This document shows positions 25,001 to 37,300 of a DNA stretch of 64,000 nt, one piece after another; the first letter of the stretch is position 1, and each line of letters begins with the position of its first letter. The stretch spans positions 22,694,001-22,758,000 of the forward strand of contig NC_087436.1 in assembly GCF_036321535.1 (NCBI RefSeq). The letters run 5' to 3'. Under the pieces are notes generated by a model. The model was not told the origin of the DNA. It did no database searches and was given only the letters and a program-made list of their open reading frames with translations. This stretch comes from Camelus dromedarius. Lineage: Eukaryota. Position numbers and translations under genes: made by a program.

Positions 25001-27616
25001 CCTCCCTCCTGAATGTATTCACACAGACAAGATCCCAGTATATGACAGATGAGTTAATGAATGAAGAACTGAGCGAATGAATGAACAAATGAATACAATC
25101 CCATAAACTGGATGACATGACATTTACATGGATTTGACCTCATTACACATAGAAGAATGGTGAATTATCAGCTCATGTTTTCCTAACCGGAAATTCTTCC
25201 TCCGCCCCAGCCCATCTTGAGTGCTCGACACTGATGGGGTATGCAGCCCATTCTGCCGACCCCACGCAATCACTGAGCCAGCTGTGTCCACCCCAAGTCC
25301 CAGCTGGGGTTATGCAAGCAGAGGAGCAGCACAGAGGATGGTGCAAGACCGGAGGGGGTCAGTCCACGACAGCCCCTGATAGGGCAATGGGGTCACTCGT
25401 GGTGGTTCACTGATGTTTCTGCCAAGAGTAGGGGCAAGAGTGAATAAAGCATATTGCTTTGGAATGAGAAAAAGACAAAAAGGAAATGTCTTTCCTATTC
25501 TAGCATGTGAATACACACACACACACTCACCCATAAAACATCACAGATGTTGCCACACAGCACATAAAAATTCCATAAAAACAAATAAAACTCTGTGATG
25601 GATACAATGGAATCTGCAGCCAAGGAGACAAGAATGGCCTGGAGAAAATGCGCAGCACCAGAGGAGGGCAGAGACAGTGGTCAGAGGGCGGTGTGGAGGC
25701 TACAGTACAGAGAAGGGGTCACTCATGTGAGCGGGGTAGGGCTGAGGAAGACTAGGGAAGGGTGAATCGACCCGAACGGTAAGAAGCCCAGCTCAATGTG
25801 GCAGAATCCCGAGGGACAACTGGAAACCCAGATGAAAACACACTCAGGAGCAAAGGCTTAGAGTTGAGACAACCATGGCCAGTTGTCAGAGGAACTAAGC
25901 GGCTACCAGAGAAAATTTCTATGAAAGAATTGCGGGAAGATTCGACCATGTGGCCATCTCTTTCTGTGCAGGGTTGGAGAAGCACTGCTAAAAGAATGAG
26001 AAGGATGCTGGTAGACAATGAGCATGAAGGGTTGGGGCTTAATTCTGAAGGCAAGTCATGTGATTAAACTTAAAATGCACGTAAGTGAGTCACACATAGG
26101 AAGTATCCGGCCAGGTTAAATTGGCCACACGGTACCAGGTATCGTGTATCCCATAAACAGGGACCCGCAAAAATGTTCTTCCCCCAAGATCTTGGATTTA
26201 GAGTGTGTTTTGTTGGTTTTTAAATCCCCTGGAGTTGGTGAGACCTTCCTACAAGTACTTACAAAGGGTCCCACTTCATACACCGTAACTTTTCAGGCCA
26301 GCAGAGAGAGGCGAGGAGGAAAGAGGCCTATTTTTGCCTTTTTTTTTTTTTTTTTTTGCCTTTTCAGTCCATCCCAAAACAACAACTGATGTCATCCCGC
26401 CGGAGACTTCAAGCCACAGCTGCGCTGGGGCTCATCTTTCCTTTTTTCACAGTCAGATGATTCAAGCTGCATTTCTGGCTCCTGCCTCCCTGCTTGGAAT
26501 CATCTCCCACCAGCTCACTACTCCTGCCCACACTCTTGATTTTCCCAGGGGCAGCGGGCGGCTGGCTCACAGGAGGTTCTTGATTTTACTCCATCACGGG
26601 TTGGAAGCAAAGGCTTCCTCTGATTTCTCCCTGTCTCCTCAGCGAGGCAGGCAAAGGTTGTTTTAGGGACCCCCTTTCCCAGGAAACCCGGTGCTGCCTG
26701 GAGAGTATGTTTTAATGCCCTCTCTTTTTAGTCTCCAAAAGAGTTTCTTTATCAGATTTAAGGAATGCTACGTCACTCAGCGAGCCAAACAAAAACAGAA
26801 TACAACTCACATTGACGGTTATGGGATTTTGTACTTAATGACTCTTACACGGCACTTCCTAAATTACTCTCATAAAAAAACTGCATTTGAAAAGCCATTT
26901 GTCTCAACTGCCACTAATACGCTCATCTCATTTTGCTCTGTTGTACAATAGAGCATGACACATTTAGCAAGTTTTTTATGTTAAAATTTTTTCTGTACTC
27001 CTGTTTTACAGGCTAATTTTTTCTTTTCCCAGTTGGGGGCAAACTAAATTTTCAACTACCCGTAAAAGTCTGATTTGAAAAGTTCATCCTCCCAGTGTTG
27101 TTGTTGTGGGGTTTTTTTTTTGTTGTTATTTTGTTTTGTTTTGCTTTTTTGTCTTTTGGACAGAGAAGCAGACTGTAGGCCTGAGAGTGGTCCAGAGGCT
27201 GCAAAAGAGAGCTGGTCTTTTGATATATGCAGACTAGATCTGTCTTGTGAACAAGAAAGAGCAATTTCTTCCTTTTGTAATCTGTTGTCAAGCAGTGCCA
27301 AGCCAGGGTTAAAACAAGAGCAGGGCACTTGTGCTGATATAAGATTAGGGCTTTGAAAATGCTATATTTTATCTATTTTTACCTAATGCCAGGGACATTC
27401 TGCAACAAGTATTATTCAGGATGGAAGCCCATGTCATGACCTTGCTCTGTAGTCCTTTTATCTGTCCACCTCAGGCATTTTCATGAAGTCATCCAACACC
27501 AGCAGCATGAACTGGACAAAGACGATGGAGCTTATAAACCAAAGTATCAGTTCCATAAAGACTTATCCTGAGTGCACTGGTTAACATGGTCTTCATTCAA
27601 GATCTGGGTTACTTAA

Positions 27617-27695
27617 GAAAAAGAACAGAGAAAGAAAAAAAAAAGGAAGGAAAGAGAAGAAAAGGACAGAAAGGAATGAAAGGAAAGGCAAAGCA
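27617..27695 (+). repeat. Purine-rich (A/G) low-complexity tract
   Basis: Degenerate AAAG/GAAG run read directly. Confidence 0.75.
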
Positions 27696-27894
27696 AACAT
27701 TATTATCTTAAAAAACAAAATTGATATTTTAGATGCAGTAAAGAGAAATGACTCCCAAAGGTCCTTTTTTTTTTTTTTGGAATTCAACTACAGTTTCAAG
27801 TCCCCCAAAAATGAGGACAAGAGTAAACATAATGAAAGCATGAGACACAGACTACGCAGGGTACTAATTCTTGCACATCTCATAAATTAATGCG

Positions 27895-28380
27895 TTCACT
27901 TCTTCATTTTACAAACATTAACTGAGCAGCTACTATATTTTAGGCACTAGGTACAATGCTAAATGCTGAAGTTGGTGGAATAAGCAAGAAAAGATTCATA
28001 CCCTCTAGGACTCACAGTCAAGACGAGACAGACACATTAAAAAAATTACAGTAAGATTCAAAATGTTGACAAAAGTAAATCATATTTGATTTCATCCTAG
28101 TTTTCGTTCATTTATTCATTCAACTGCTTATACATTCACTCAGCATTTATTGGTCCTTTGTTCTAAGCATTGTCCTTAGACACGGGGACACAAAGGTGAG
28201 TAAGACCCTTAACCTTAAGGAGTTCTCTCTTACAGTAAGAGAGACGCCATTTAACACAGCAATTAAAATACAGCACAGGAGGTGCTAGTAACAGCAGTAT
28301 AATCACAGAAAACAGGGCAAATGACTGCCTGTGTGAGCTGAGAAAAGCAGTTAACAGTGATCCTTTACTCCAACTGACAG
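27895..28380 (-). mobile_element. Two adjacent L2 3'-end fragments (about 27895-28060 and 28105-28380)
   Basis: Antisense L2 tails ttcatt..aaacattaactgagcagctactat..aggcactagg and ttcatttattcattca..catttattg..ccttaaggagttc. Confidence 0.7.
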
Positions 28381-31300
28381 AAAACCCTAACCTGCAAAAT
28401 AAGTATTTTCTGCAGATGACAAAGCTGGAGAAACTTTATAGACATTAGTCTTTCTTATTTGTGAATGTGCTCGTTTTTTCCCTCACATTTGCTTCAGAAA
28501 ATATTTCAGGATTAAGATGACAATCTGGCCACACCGTTCCTAATTTTAATGTTCTAAGATGCCAGCCATCGAACCAGCAGAGAATTGATTGTACTTGGGA
28601 AATGATCGGATGTCAGGAAGAATGACCCAGAGAGGAGGACCGAAGTGGAGGGTTCTAATTTTAGAGATGGGGTGGATAAAGAGCCCATTAACCATGCCTA
28701 TGCCTAAACTTTCTTTAAGAAAAGATACAATTACACAAAGGAATGCATTTTGTACTATAAATGTACTATAAGACCAAATGTTTAGCTACTTTTAACATTT
28801 TGAAATGGGCAGTCTGATGTGGGAAAAACCACCTTTTAAAACCATCACCTTCATGTTTCTTCATAGCAAAGGAAGTTGATTTCCTAAGACTATGTCGGAC
28901 TAAAATGGCCCATCCCAGTTGCCCTTATGAATGGCGAGGAATAGCTTGTCGGAGTGCGGATGGGAGGTGAGGTGGACATGTGGCTTCCAGGTAGTTTCTT
29001 GTCTCACACATCTCTGTGTTTTGTGTATAATTTAAAATTGCCTAATTTTCAACATTCCTATTAGGTAATTGGCCTTTTATGTGTGTGCCTGTAACTAATC
29101 TCTCCCCTTCTCTTCCAACAGAAGTATAAAACCTTTTCTAATACAGTGTAACACAATGCTAAATTGGAAATTCCAGCTAAGTCACAGCAATATATTATAT
29201 TTGGAATTCCAAAGAGAAGTGCCAAAGCAAAATGCATATTTTTAAAAGGGATATCAGAGAACCAGTCAGGCCATTCCAAAACTACAAGGAGAATATTAAA
29301 AGGGTCAAGGGATTGGAGATGATGATATCATTTGTGAAGAGGTGTATGTGCACGCGAGCGCTAACTTGTGAGTTTCACCTCCAGGGGAAAAGGTGGGCTG
29401 CTATCCTTTGCAAAAAGGGCTTCAGTGGGACGACTTGGAGAGCCTGAGCTGTGTTCCTGGAGTGTGAGAGACGGGAGGACTGGGATCTGACAGGTTTAAC
29501 GGAAGGCAGGAGAGGCAGTTGGTGAACTGTTTGGGCAATGGAATAAGGTATTTCTGGTGGAGGAGATGAGACCCTTCCCGAGAGAGCTTGCCTCCGTCCA
29601 TTTTCAGCCCTGACCAGGAGGACTCTCTGTCAAAGGGTAATGAACCTCGAACAGAAAGAGACAAAAGAAAGTAGTTCCGTAAACCCTGGGTGCAGAAAAC
29701 AAGCGCGAGAGGCGTCGTGACAGATGAGCCCAGCAGGGGGAGGCCCTGCGGCACCACCAAAGCAGCTCAAATTGGAAAATCTGCCCCAAACATCTGCGCA
29801 TCTTAGAAGGAACCAGGGATAGCCTGGAATTCTCTGTCCCCTTTTCCCTTCCTCCCACTGAGCTCCCTGCCCATAATCCATAGCATCTGTAATAACGGCT
29901 TGCAAGTGCCTTTTTTCCTTCCCAAACGTATCACCGTGTCCTATTACGTTTAAATTTCTAAGACATATGGGCACGCATATATAATAAAGAAGAGTCATTT
30001 CAACATTTTATATCCTTTAAAAAGACTAGCCGTGGAATAAAAAAAATCAGTGGATCTATTTTTTGTTATTTCAGCTTGAGTGGATATCCTCTAATAAAAA
30101 CGCAGGTTGTACTATAAAACCAAATGTTATTAAAATTGTGTTATGCAACAGACTTGCCTGCAAGCTAAGTAGAAGAGGACGTCTCCCCAGTATAGATGAT
30201 TCTCGGCTTATAAATACTGAGGTAGTAATGATGTATCTGCATTCCATCATCCATATTTTTCATTCATTAACTTTGTTAAATTCTGTTTTCAAAGAGCCAT
30301 GTTTGTCCTTAAAGGACAAATTCATCTCGTTAGGAAGCCAGCTTCAGGCGGTGTCTTTCCCAGTGGCCTGTTGTACTGATTCTGATGAAATACAAAACAG
30401 AAACATCTAAAGGAATTTTTAGGAAGTGAAACATGGATATACAGTATCCTGTTTGATTGAGTCCCTTGGAAATAAAGTATGTAGTTTATCATGAAGCTAG
30501 GAAACTTCATTTTGTAAAAGTAAATCCAAAGCCAAAATAATATGTCTTTTGGAGCAAGTCAAAAGAGAGATTCACCAACAGTTTGGAATGAAGAGTTATT
30601 GTAACAAAAAATATCAAAATTCACTTATTTATCCTTAAATTATGGGAAGGAAACTGACTTACACTATCTCTATCATATTATATTTTGGTTTTTATTTGTA
30701 TTTGTCTATGGTGCTATGTATGATATAGATGCCTAAAAAGTAAAAGTAAATAAGTAAATTTGTGCATAAGCAATTTATTGAATTATATTCTGAAGAAATA
30801 TAATTCACATATTTTTCTGATTGATTCTTTAAGGAATAATTCCCAGTTCTCAATCTTTTTATCTATGGGGTTTACAGAAGGTATGACAGAATTGTTTGTG
30901 CACATTTAAAATAAGACACACAATAATGGCATTTCTCTCATGAACTTTATTTGCCCAAATGGACAAGAAGTAATAATGAAACTAAAATCTTTTCAAAGGC
31001 ATTTAGATAATGTCTTCTTGTTTGACAGGCTCAGAATTGTTAAAAGCATTCCTCTAAGCTGTTTAATTGCCATAAAATAGCTGTGCCTGAATTACTATTC
31101 CTGGAAAGCCAGAGCCTAGCTCCAAGACCATAGGAATGTCAGCTTCTTTAATGTTAAGTTAAAAAATAAATATAGGAGACAATTACAAGCCATATAATAG
31201 ATTTTCTTTTAAAGCATATGTGCTTCAACTATTTCTTGTGAATATATTTTTTTCCTTATCCCCTTAAAGTCAATAGGTAGATTCTCTCTTATTTAAAGAA

Positions 31301-31789
31301 AGAGCAAAAGAAATAGGGGGATAACAAGAAATGCAGGAAGGGATGTTCAAGCTCTCTGTGTTACCCACCTTCTGGGTGACCAAGTCTTAATTATTAGAAC
31401 ACAAGTGATAAAGGAACACACAGGTCAGACAGAGGTGCTTCGAAAACCAACCAGAGTTTTACTACTGTTTTTACTACTTTATGAATTCATAAAGCCATGG
31501 CGTAAATCCAACTGTCACCTAGAAAAAGCAAAGAAAAATCCCAAGGGACTGCTAATATCTCACTCAGAGGACCTCTGTCTGTCTATACGTTCTCATGCAC
31601 CCAACTTTTCAGTTGACTTTAAGAGTAAAAAAAACCCATTTACTTCATATTTTGAAGACCACTGCTGAATATTTTTAAATGTCTCCCAAAACCATTAAGG
31701 AGGAAAAATACAGGATAGACAGCTGTCTATGAAACAGGATCAAAATTTTGCTTTAAAAAATCAAAAGATAGAAAGAGAGAGAATCACTC

Positions 31790-32116
31790 ATCTTAGCTAA
31801 CTTATGCAGGAATAACAAATGAACCCATAGTCTTAGGAGCATACGACCACAAAAATTTAATTCTTGATCATGTTACATATCCTTCCTAGTTCATGATTCA
31901 GTCTATTACATATCTTTTTTGTCCTGGGACATAAGATGATGAAGAAACTATTTCCTAGGATGGAATAAAGAGATAAGGAAGAACCATGAATGGCTTCCTG
32001 TTTCTACTCATATTTTTTTGTCCAATGCAAGTTACATGATGCAAATGGAACAGAGAGGTATAATCCTCCCACAGAAAGGCAATAAATATTTGAGGACAAT
32101 AACATAATCTACCACA
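31790..32116 (-). mobile_element. MaLR 3' LTR (MLT1J-like)
   Basis: Minus strand starts tgtggtagattatgttattgtcctcaaat; tgtccaatgcaagttacatg internal block. Confidence 0.7.
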
Positions 32117-32720
32117 GTTCTCCCTTTTGATCCCAACTGTGTATTTCCCTCCTTCTACAGGCAAAGCACATTCATCTCCTCTCTCAAGAGGGACAAACTA
32201 ATATGAAACCAAGGTCAAAGTCTAGAATCTCATAAACATCTCACAGGTGTACAGATGTGGGTCCTCTTGATCTGGAAGCCTATTTATGTGAATTTGGACA
32301 GAATAATGGCCATAAGTGGTCCCATGGGAAAAAGAAAATAATGGGAAGAAGGCAGTAGACACTGATCCACAGCAACTCTGAAATCTTTGTAAGGATTTCA
32401 AGGGCTCTGTACTTAGGAGCTGGTGGCTTCTCCTTGGTTGGCTGCCAGTCTAAGCCCTGACACTAGCACATAAGTCCATTGTCCATTGTGTTCCATGGCT
32501 CTTGACTTCACTCTGGGATGTCCTTTCTTTTCCGTTATCTTCCTTGAGCACATCTGAAGAGATAATTGGGAAAATGCCCTCTTTAGGATAGGAGATTTCT
32601 CAGTGTGCTTCCACCTTGTAGAAGATCAGGGACCCAACAATCATTTCATACCTTGACCAGTTAGGGTTTTGTTTATTTGGCCTGCTCTTGACCACCAATA
32701 ACACTGTGGCATCAGGTCTC
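32117..32720 (-). mobile_element. MaLR internal region remnant (MLT1-int)
   Basis: Abuts the LTR through a polypurine tract (minus caaaagggagaac|TG); caggcaaagcacattca..ctcaagagggacaa typical of the MLT-int 3' end. Confidence 0.6.
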
Positions 32721-34527
32721 ACCTACAGCTCTCTGGAGCTCAATGTCCCCTGAATTTGTGTCTCTGATAGGAAGAAAAACCCCTACCCCTCCTTGCCTTG
32801 CACCCATTTATTGGCAAGAAAAGAAGAAGGAATATCTATCAGAATTATTTATGATACATTTTGTTCAATTTTACAATCCTCTGCAGAGAACACAGATGCT
32901 CCAGGAGTCAGTATCAAGGTAGGATCACGTACAAACTCATGTTATGCCCTGAGTAACTGTCCACCAGTCCATTCAACACTTCTGTCACTAAATCAATAAA
33001 TTGTTAACTCCTGCATTTCCAATGGTATGACAGCTCAATATGCAAAAAGAAAAAATTTAAAGACACTTCTCAATCCTACTATATAATAAATCAGAACACC
33101 AAATACAATTGTGCAGATGTTTTCTTTGTTTGTTTTTTTAAAAATATTCTTCAGTTCTGTAGTTGCAAGGACCAGAAATTCACCCACATGTAAGAAAGCC
33201 CATAAATAAATCAGAACCCAAGAAGAATAGGATAGGATGGACAGTGGGATGGTTCAGGACTCCAGGTGGCCCTAAGGGCTTCAGCAACAACTACTCACAC
33301 AAATCTTCATTAAAACTCAGCCATTACTATGACTCTGTTTCTGCGGGTGGTTCCTACTTCCTAACTATGACCCACTGCTTCTGGTCCAGGGCTTGTCAAA
33401 CTACCTAGGGTTAGGGAACGCTTCCTACTCACCACTCCCCAATCCATCACAGACCAATACTTCTATAAAACACACAATGGAATATTTGGATGTTTTAGCG
33501 TCTAAAGCTTAGCTCCCTCTCTTTCTGCTAATCACAGAGTGGTAAACAACAGCACACAGGCCAGTAATGATGTTCATGCCATACTGTCCACAACACGCAT
33601 CTGCTTTCTCTTACTTTCTGACACACTCATATGGTTGGGTTGCATCCCAGTCTCCCAGTCTCCCCACCCTTTCTTACATTCTGACCTTCAAATTCTGCTC
33701 CTCCCCTTCTGCCAGGTGATGTTCTAGAGAAAGGAAACTATATTGGCTCGCGTCATCTGCTGTGCCTGTGGCTGTTCTGGATTCCCTTGCCTAACTTTAT
33801 CCAACAACCTCTGACTGGACAGGTGGCATCACACGGTAGGACACAGGGAAGACTAAGGACTCCTTTAGAAACCACAGATACGGCGTGGATAACGCTGACT
33901 GACACATTGTTTTCTTGGGGTTTTTTTAATTAGCTTATTTTTTTTATAAGAGGGCAATAAGGAGCAATGTAAAAGATCTACATTAGCAGACTGAGTCCTA
34001 GTTAAATAATAAATGGGATTTTCTCTCATTTGAAAGAGCTGACTGTTAGGTGCCTTCCCTGGGCAAACCAGAGGCGCTGGGGTACTGTGGTCAGTGACTG
34101 TCTGAGTAATCTTCACACGAGATGCCTGGTGCTCACCTTAATTGGATAGACCATTCATCTCTGTTCACTAAAATGACCTGAATTCAAGAATGAGTAAATA
34201 AATTCTTTCCAAGGGCGCAACCATTTTTTTAATCTACTTTCTCCATGGTAGGTCACAGTTCCAGAAACACTGCTTAAGAAATAAGTTTCTCTTTAGAGAA
34301 AAATAAGTAAAACTGGCCTCAAGATTTTTCCTTCTGATCTGTAGAGTCACCAGGAAGAAAGAGAAAAGAGTAGCAAGAGGGCTCAGAAAAAGCAGTGAGT
34401 ACTGCCAACTACAGACTAAACCTCAATACCCAGAATTTAGATACTCACTCATAGTCAACTACTGGCTTCGGGGTATAAAAGACATAAGGTCCTATTGGAC
34501 AGAGTGCAAAAGACTTCAAGAAGATGC

Positions 34528-34625
34528 TAGTGATTCACAAGCAAGTCGCTCATGAGATTCACCTGTTGAGCTTTTGAAGCCCCACCCCAGGCCAATCGAG
34601 TCAGAATTTCCAGGAACGCGTGGGA
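34528..34625. mobile_element. hAT-Charlie MITE fragment (MER5-like)
   Basis: gattcacctgttgagctttt..gccccaccccagg..gagtcagaatttcc. Confidence 0.55.
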
Positions 34626-34749
34626 AGAACACACATACCAGTTTCTCTGGGAAAGGACCCATTTAATACCTTCTATGGAACAATTAGTGCCTTTTCATTA
34701 TTTTCAGCTTCACCTTTTATGCTTTAAGTGTCCTAGTTTGGATAATAAA

Positions 34750-34905
34750 TGGTGCAGTGTATTAAAATTCAGCAGAACAGTCCATGCTGATCTTAGTAAC
34801 TTCGATGAAAATGGAGCTTGGCCTGTTCTCTTTGATGAATTTGTTGAGTCGCAAAAAGTCCATCAAACATCACAGCAAGAACTATTGTGAAGAAAATACA
34901 AACCT
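34750..34905 (+). pseudogene. DCUN1D5: 5'-truncated processed pseudogene fragment of DCN1-like protein 5 (C-terminus plus probable start of 3' UTR)
   Basis: 34750-34872 translates [41 protein letters not shown] versus recalled human DCUN1D5 end [41 protein letters not shown] (33/41 identical); the stop position reads CAG; no other DCUN1D5 sequence seen in the window. Confidence 0.88.
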
Positions 34906-34907
34906 TA

Positions 34908-35377
34908 AATTGACATGAGACCAATTAACAAGAGAAGACCAAATAAAAGTTTACTAACATGTGTATGTGGGAGAAACCCAGGAAAACTGAGTAACTCACC
35001 AAAATGGCTGAAACCCTCCTCCTAACTACCATCTCTAGCAAAAGACAAGAGAGGATGTTGGCGATAGTGGTTTGGGACTTCAAAGGGGAGGAAGACAAAC
35101 GTTTGGTAAATGAACATTTGCTAGACCAAGCAGAGACAATCAGGGGCAGAGTGGACTCTGATCATGAGGCCCTGCCGAGCTGCCCCCACCACACCTGGCA
35201 CATATTCTTTGTAAATGTAAGGGTTCTATTGCAGAAAAATTCCCATGTGAATTCTTTCAGGCAGTTAGAGGGAAGGTCAAAGTTTCATCCTAAGTCTTTG
35301 TGTACCTTATTGTCTTCAGCTAGAGATAATCTGCATGCCAAAGAGACATTTGGGGTGGTGAATTTTGCTCCCCTACA
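34908..35377 (-). mobile_element. ERV1 LTR (MER34/MER39-like), 3'-truncated
   Basis: Minus strand starts TGTAGGGGAGCAAAATTCACCACCCCAAATGTCTCTTTGGCATG; plus-strand aattgacatgagaccaattaacaagagaa..aagtttactaac is typical of this LTR group. Confidence 0.75.
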
Positions 35378-35750
35378 AAGATGTCAGTCAGGACCATGTC
35401 AGTCCATTATTCAGGCTTCCATTAGATGAAAACTTCCAATAACAGGCTTCAGAGAACCTGAATTCCTTTCCTCTTGGGAGACTCTAAGGTCAGTACAAAC
35501 ACACCCACTTCCTATCTGGATGCTATCATCTCTGAATATCAAGGAAGTCTTGAGACAAGTGGCCTTTGACAAGCCACCAAAAAATTCCTGTGAGACTCTG
35601 TGCCCAGAATGCTGGGTGCGTCCTCCCTTCTCCTTTACATTTGATTATCTGAAGGGAGCCAATCAAATATCACTATGCAAAACAACAATCTCAACAAATA
35701 TCTATAGAGAAACTCTGGCAACCTTTAAATGGTAGTTTCCTCCACTAAAT

Positions 35751-35936
35751 CAGATAAAATACAGGGGACCCAGTTAAACTTAAAAAGCAGGTAAACAATA
35801 AATTTATTTTTAGTATGTGTTATGTCCCATGCAATATTTGGGACATACTCATACTAAAGACACTATTCCTTGTTTCTCTGAAGTTCCAGTTGAACCAGGT
35901 GTCTTGTATTTTTGTTTGCTAAATCTGGCAATCATA
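35751..35936. mobile_element. hAT MITE MER53 (palindromic)
   Basis: cagataaaatacagg..cccagttaaa..tagtatg..tatgtcccatgcaatatttgggacatact..tgtatttttgtttgctaaatctggcaa; self-complementary about 35834. Confidence 0.92.
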
Positions 35937-37064
35937 AACTAACTGATATCTCTACTGCCACATGCACTTCCCAGCCCTGCCTGTTCATACTGGTCCAAGT
36001 CACATCCCCAAAGGAGGAACAGAACTAGAATCTGAAAAAGCTCAAGGTCAGACAAGTCAAGGTCAAACAGTGTTTTTCTCTGACTTCTGGATTGGTTATG
36101 AAAACTTTTGTTACGAATGCTATGAAGAGGACCATGTAGGGGGAAAGAGGGGTGTAACTTTGAGAGCTTTGCCTGGGCAAGTCAGCACTCCCCAAATTCA
36201 TGCCATTTCTGGTTTTTACCCTGGGCTTTTCCCACAGCAAGTTCCCACTGAAATCCTCCCTTCTGTGGGATATCCTCCACTGAAGAATTACTTTATATAG
36301 TAGTCCTACCAACCTCTACCCAGGAAAAAAAAATAAAGCTAAATGAATCTGGTCTTATACTTCATAAACCTCAGTTACAAATTTGTTAAGAATGCTATTT
36401 TCAGAGTGTGAAACCTCATAAAGGAACACCTGAGATAAATCATTAATAGTTACGGTACTTGAAAATTTAAACAATGCAACTTTATGTTATTCTCTGTTCT
36501 TGTCTGAAGGCACACAAGTGTATACCCACACAAACACATAGTTGCTGTTCCTGAGCCCTGTAGCCCTGGAGCCAAATCTTCAGGTGCCACTTGAATGGAG
36601 AATCTCATCAAGACCTGTCCAGTGCATATCTTTACAAAGTGGCAAAATGAGGACTTGAATTCATTTAGAGCATGTGCATAGATAGTACACGAAGAGTGTA
36701 GACTTGCCGCCTGCCATTACCCAGGAATATCCTGGGTCACATCCCAGACCCCAGCTTTCTCCCTGATGGATGCTCTGGTTCTAACCACACAACGTCTCCA
36801 ATCTCTCATCGAAACTCATCACGTTCATGTGTTCTTAGGTACCTGTTACACGCTGGGTGATGTACTCAGGCTTGTATTCCTGGACTTTGTTATAATCCAA
36901 ATCATGCTACTAAGAGTTATAGGACTTGTTAATGAGCCCATCTATACTACATTTATCATTATTTAAAAGGTAATAAACTGTTTCATAGTTTTACATACAC
37001 TGAGCAGAAAATTGTTCCCCTTTATGTATGTACCAATTCTTCTATAACATGAGAAGCCTCTCTC

Positions 37065-37300
37065 TATATATACATTTAATATATTTATAAATATAAATAA
37101 ATCTATTTATTAATTTTTATTTTAAATTTTGTAATCATTAACTATCTATATAATTAATATGAAGTTATATTAATTATAATAATTATTAATGTTTATTAAT
37201 ATAAATTAGAAAACAAATATGTTAATAAATGTATTATGTATAAATACAGAAATATACATAAATTAATATATTTTATATATACAATACATATATGTATATG
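37065..37300. repeat. AT-rich low-complexity tract
   Basis: Almost pure A/T with degenerate TA/TAA units. Confidence 0.85.

Noticed and set aside
30218..30239. let-7/miR-98-like sequence TGAGGTAGTAATGATGTATCTG
   Set aside because: Only the first 11 nt match and there is no complementary star arm downstream, so no pre-miRNA hairpin.
35004..35429. 141-aa ORF
   Set aside because: Almost entirely antisense ERV1 LTR; no domain similarity.
36719..36737. 8-bp stem hairpin acccagga-ata-tcctgggt
   Set aside because: Too short to exceed chance; no supporting context.
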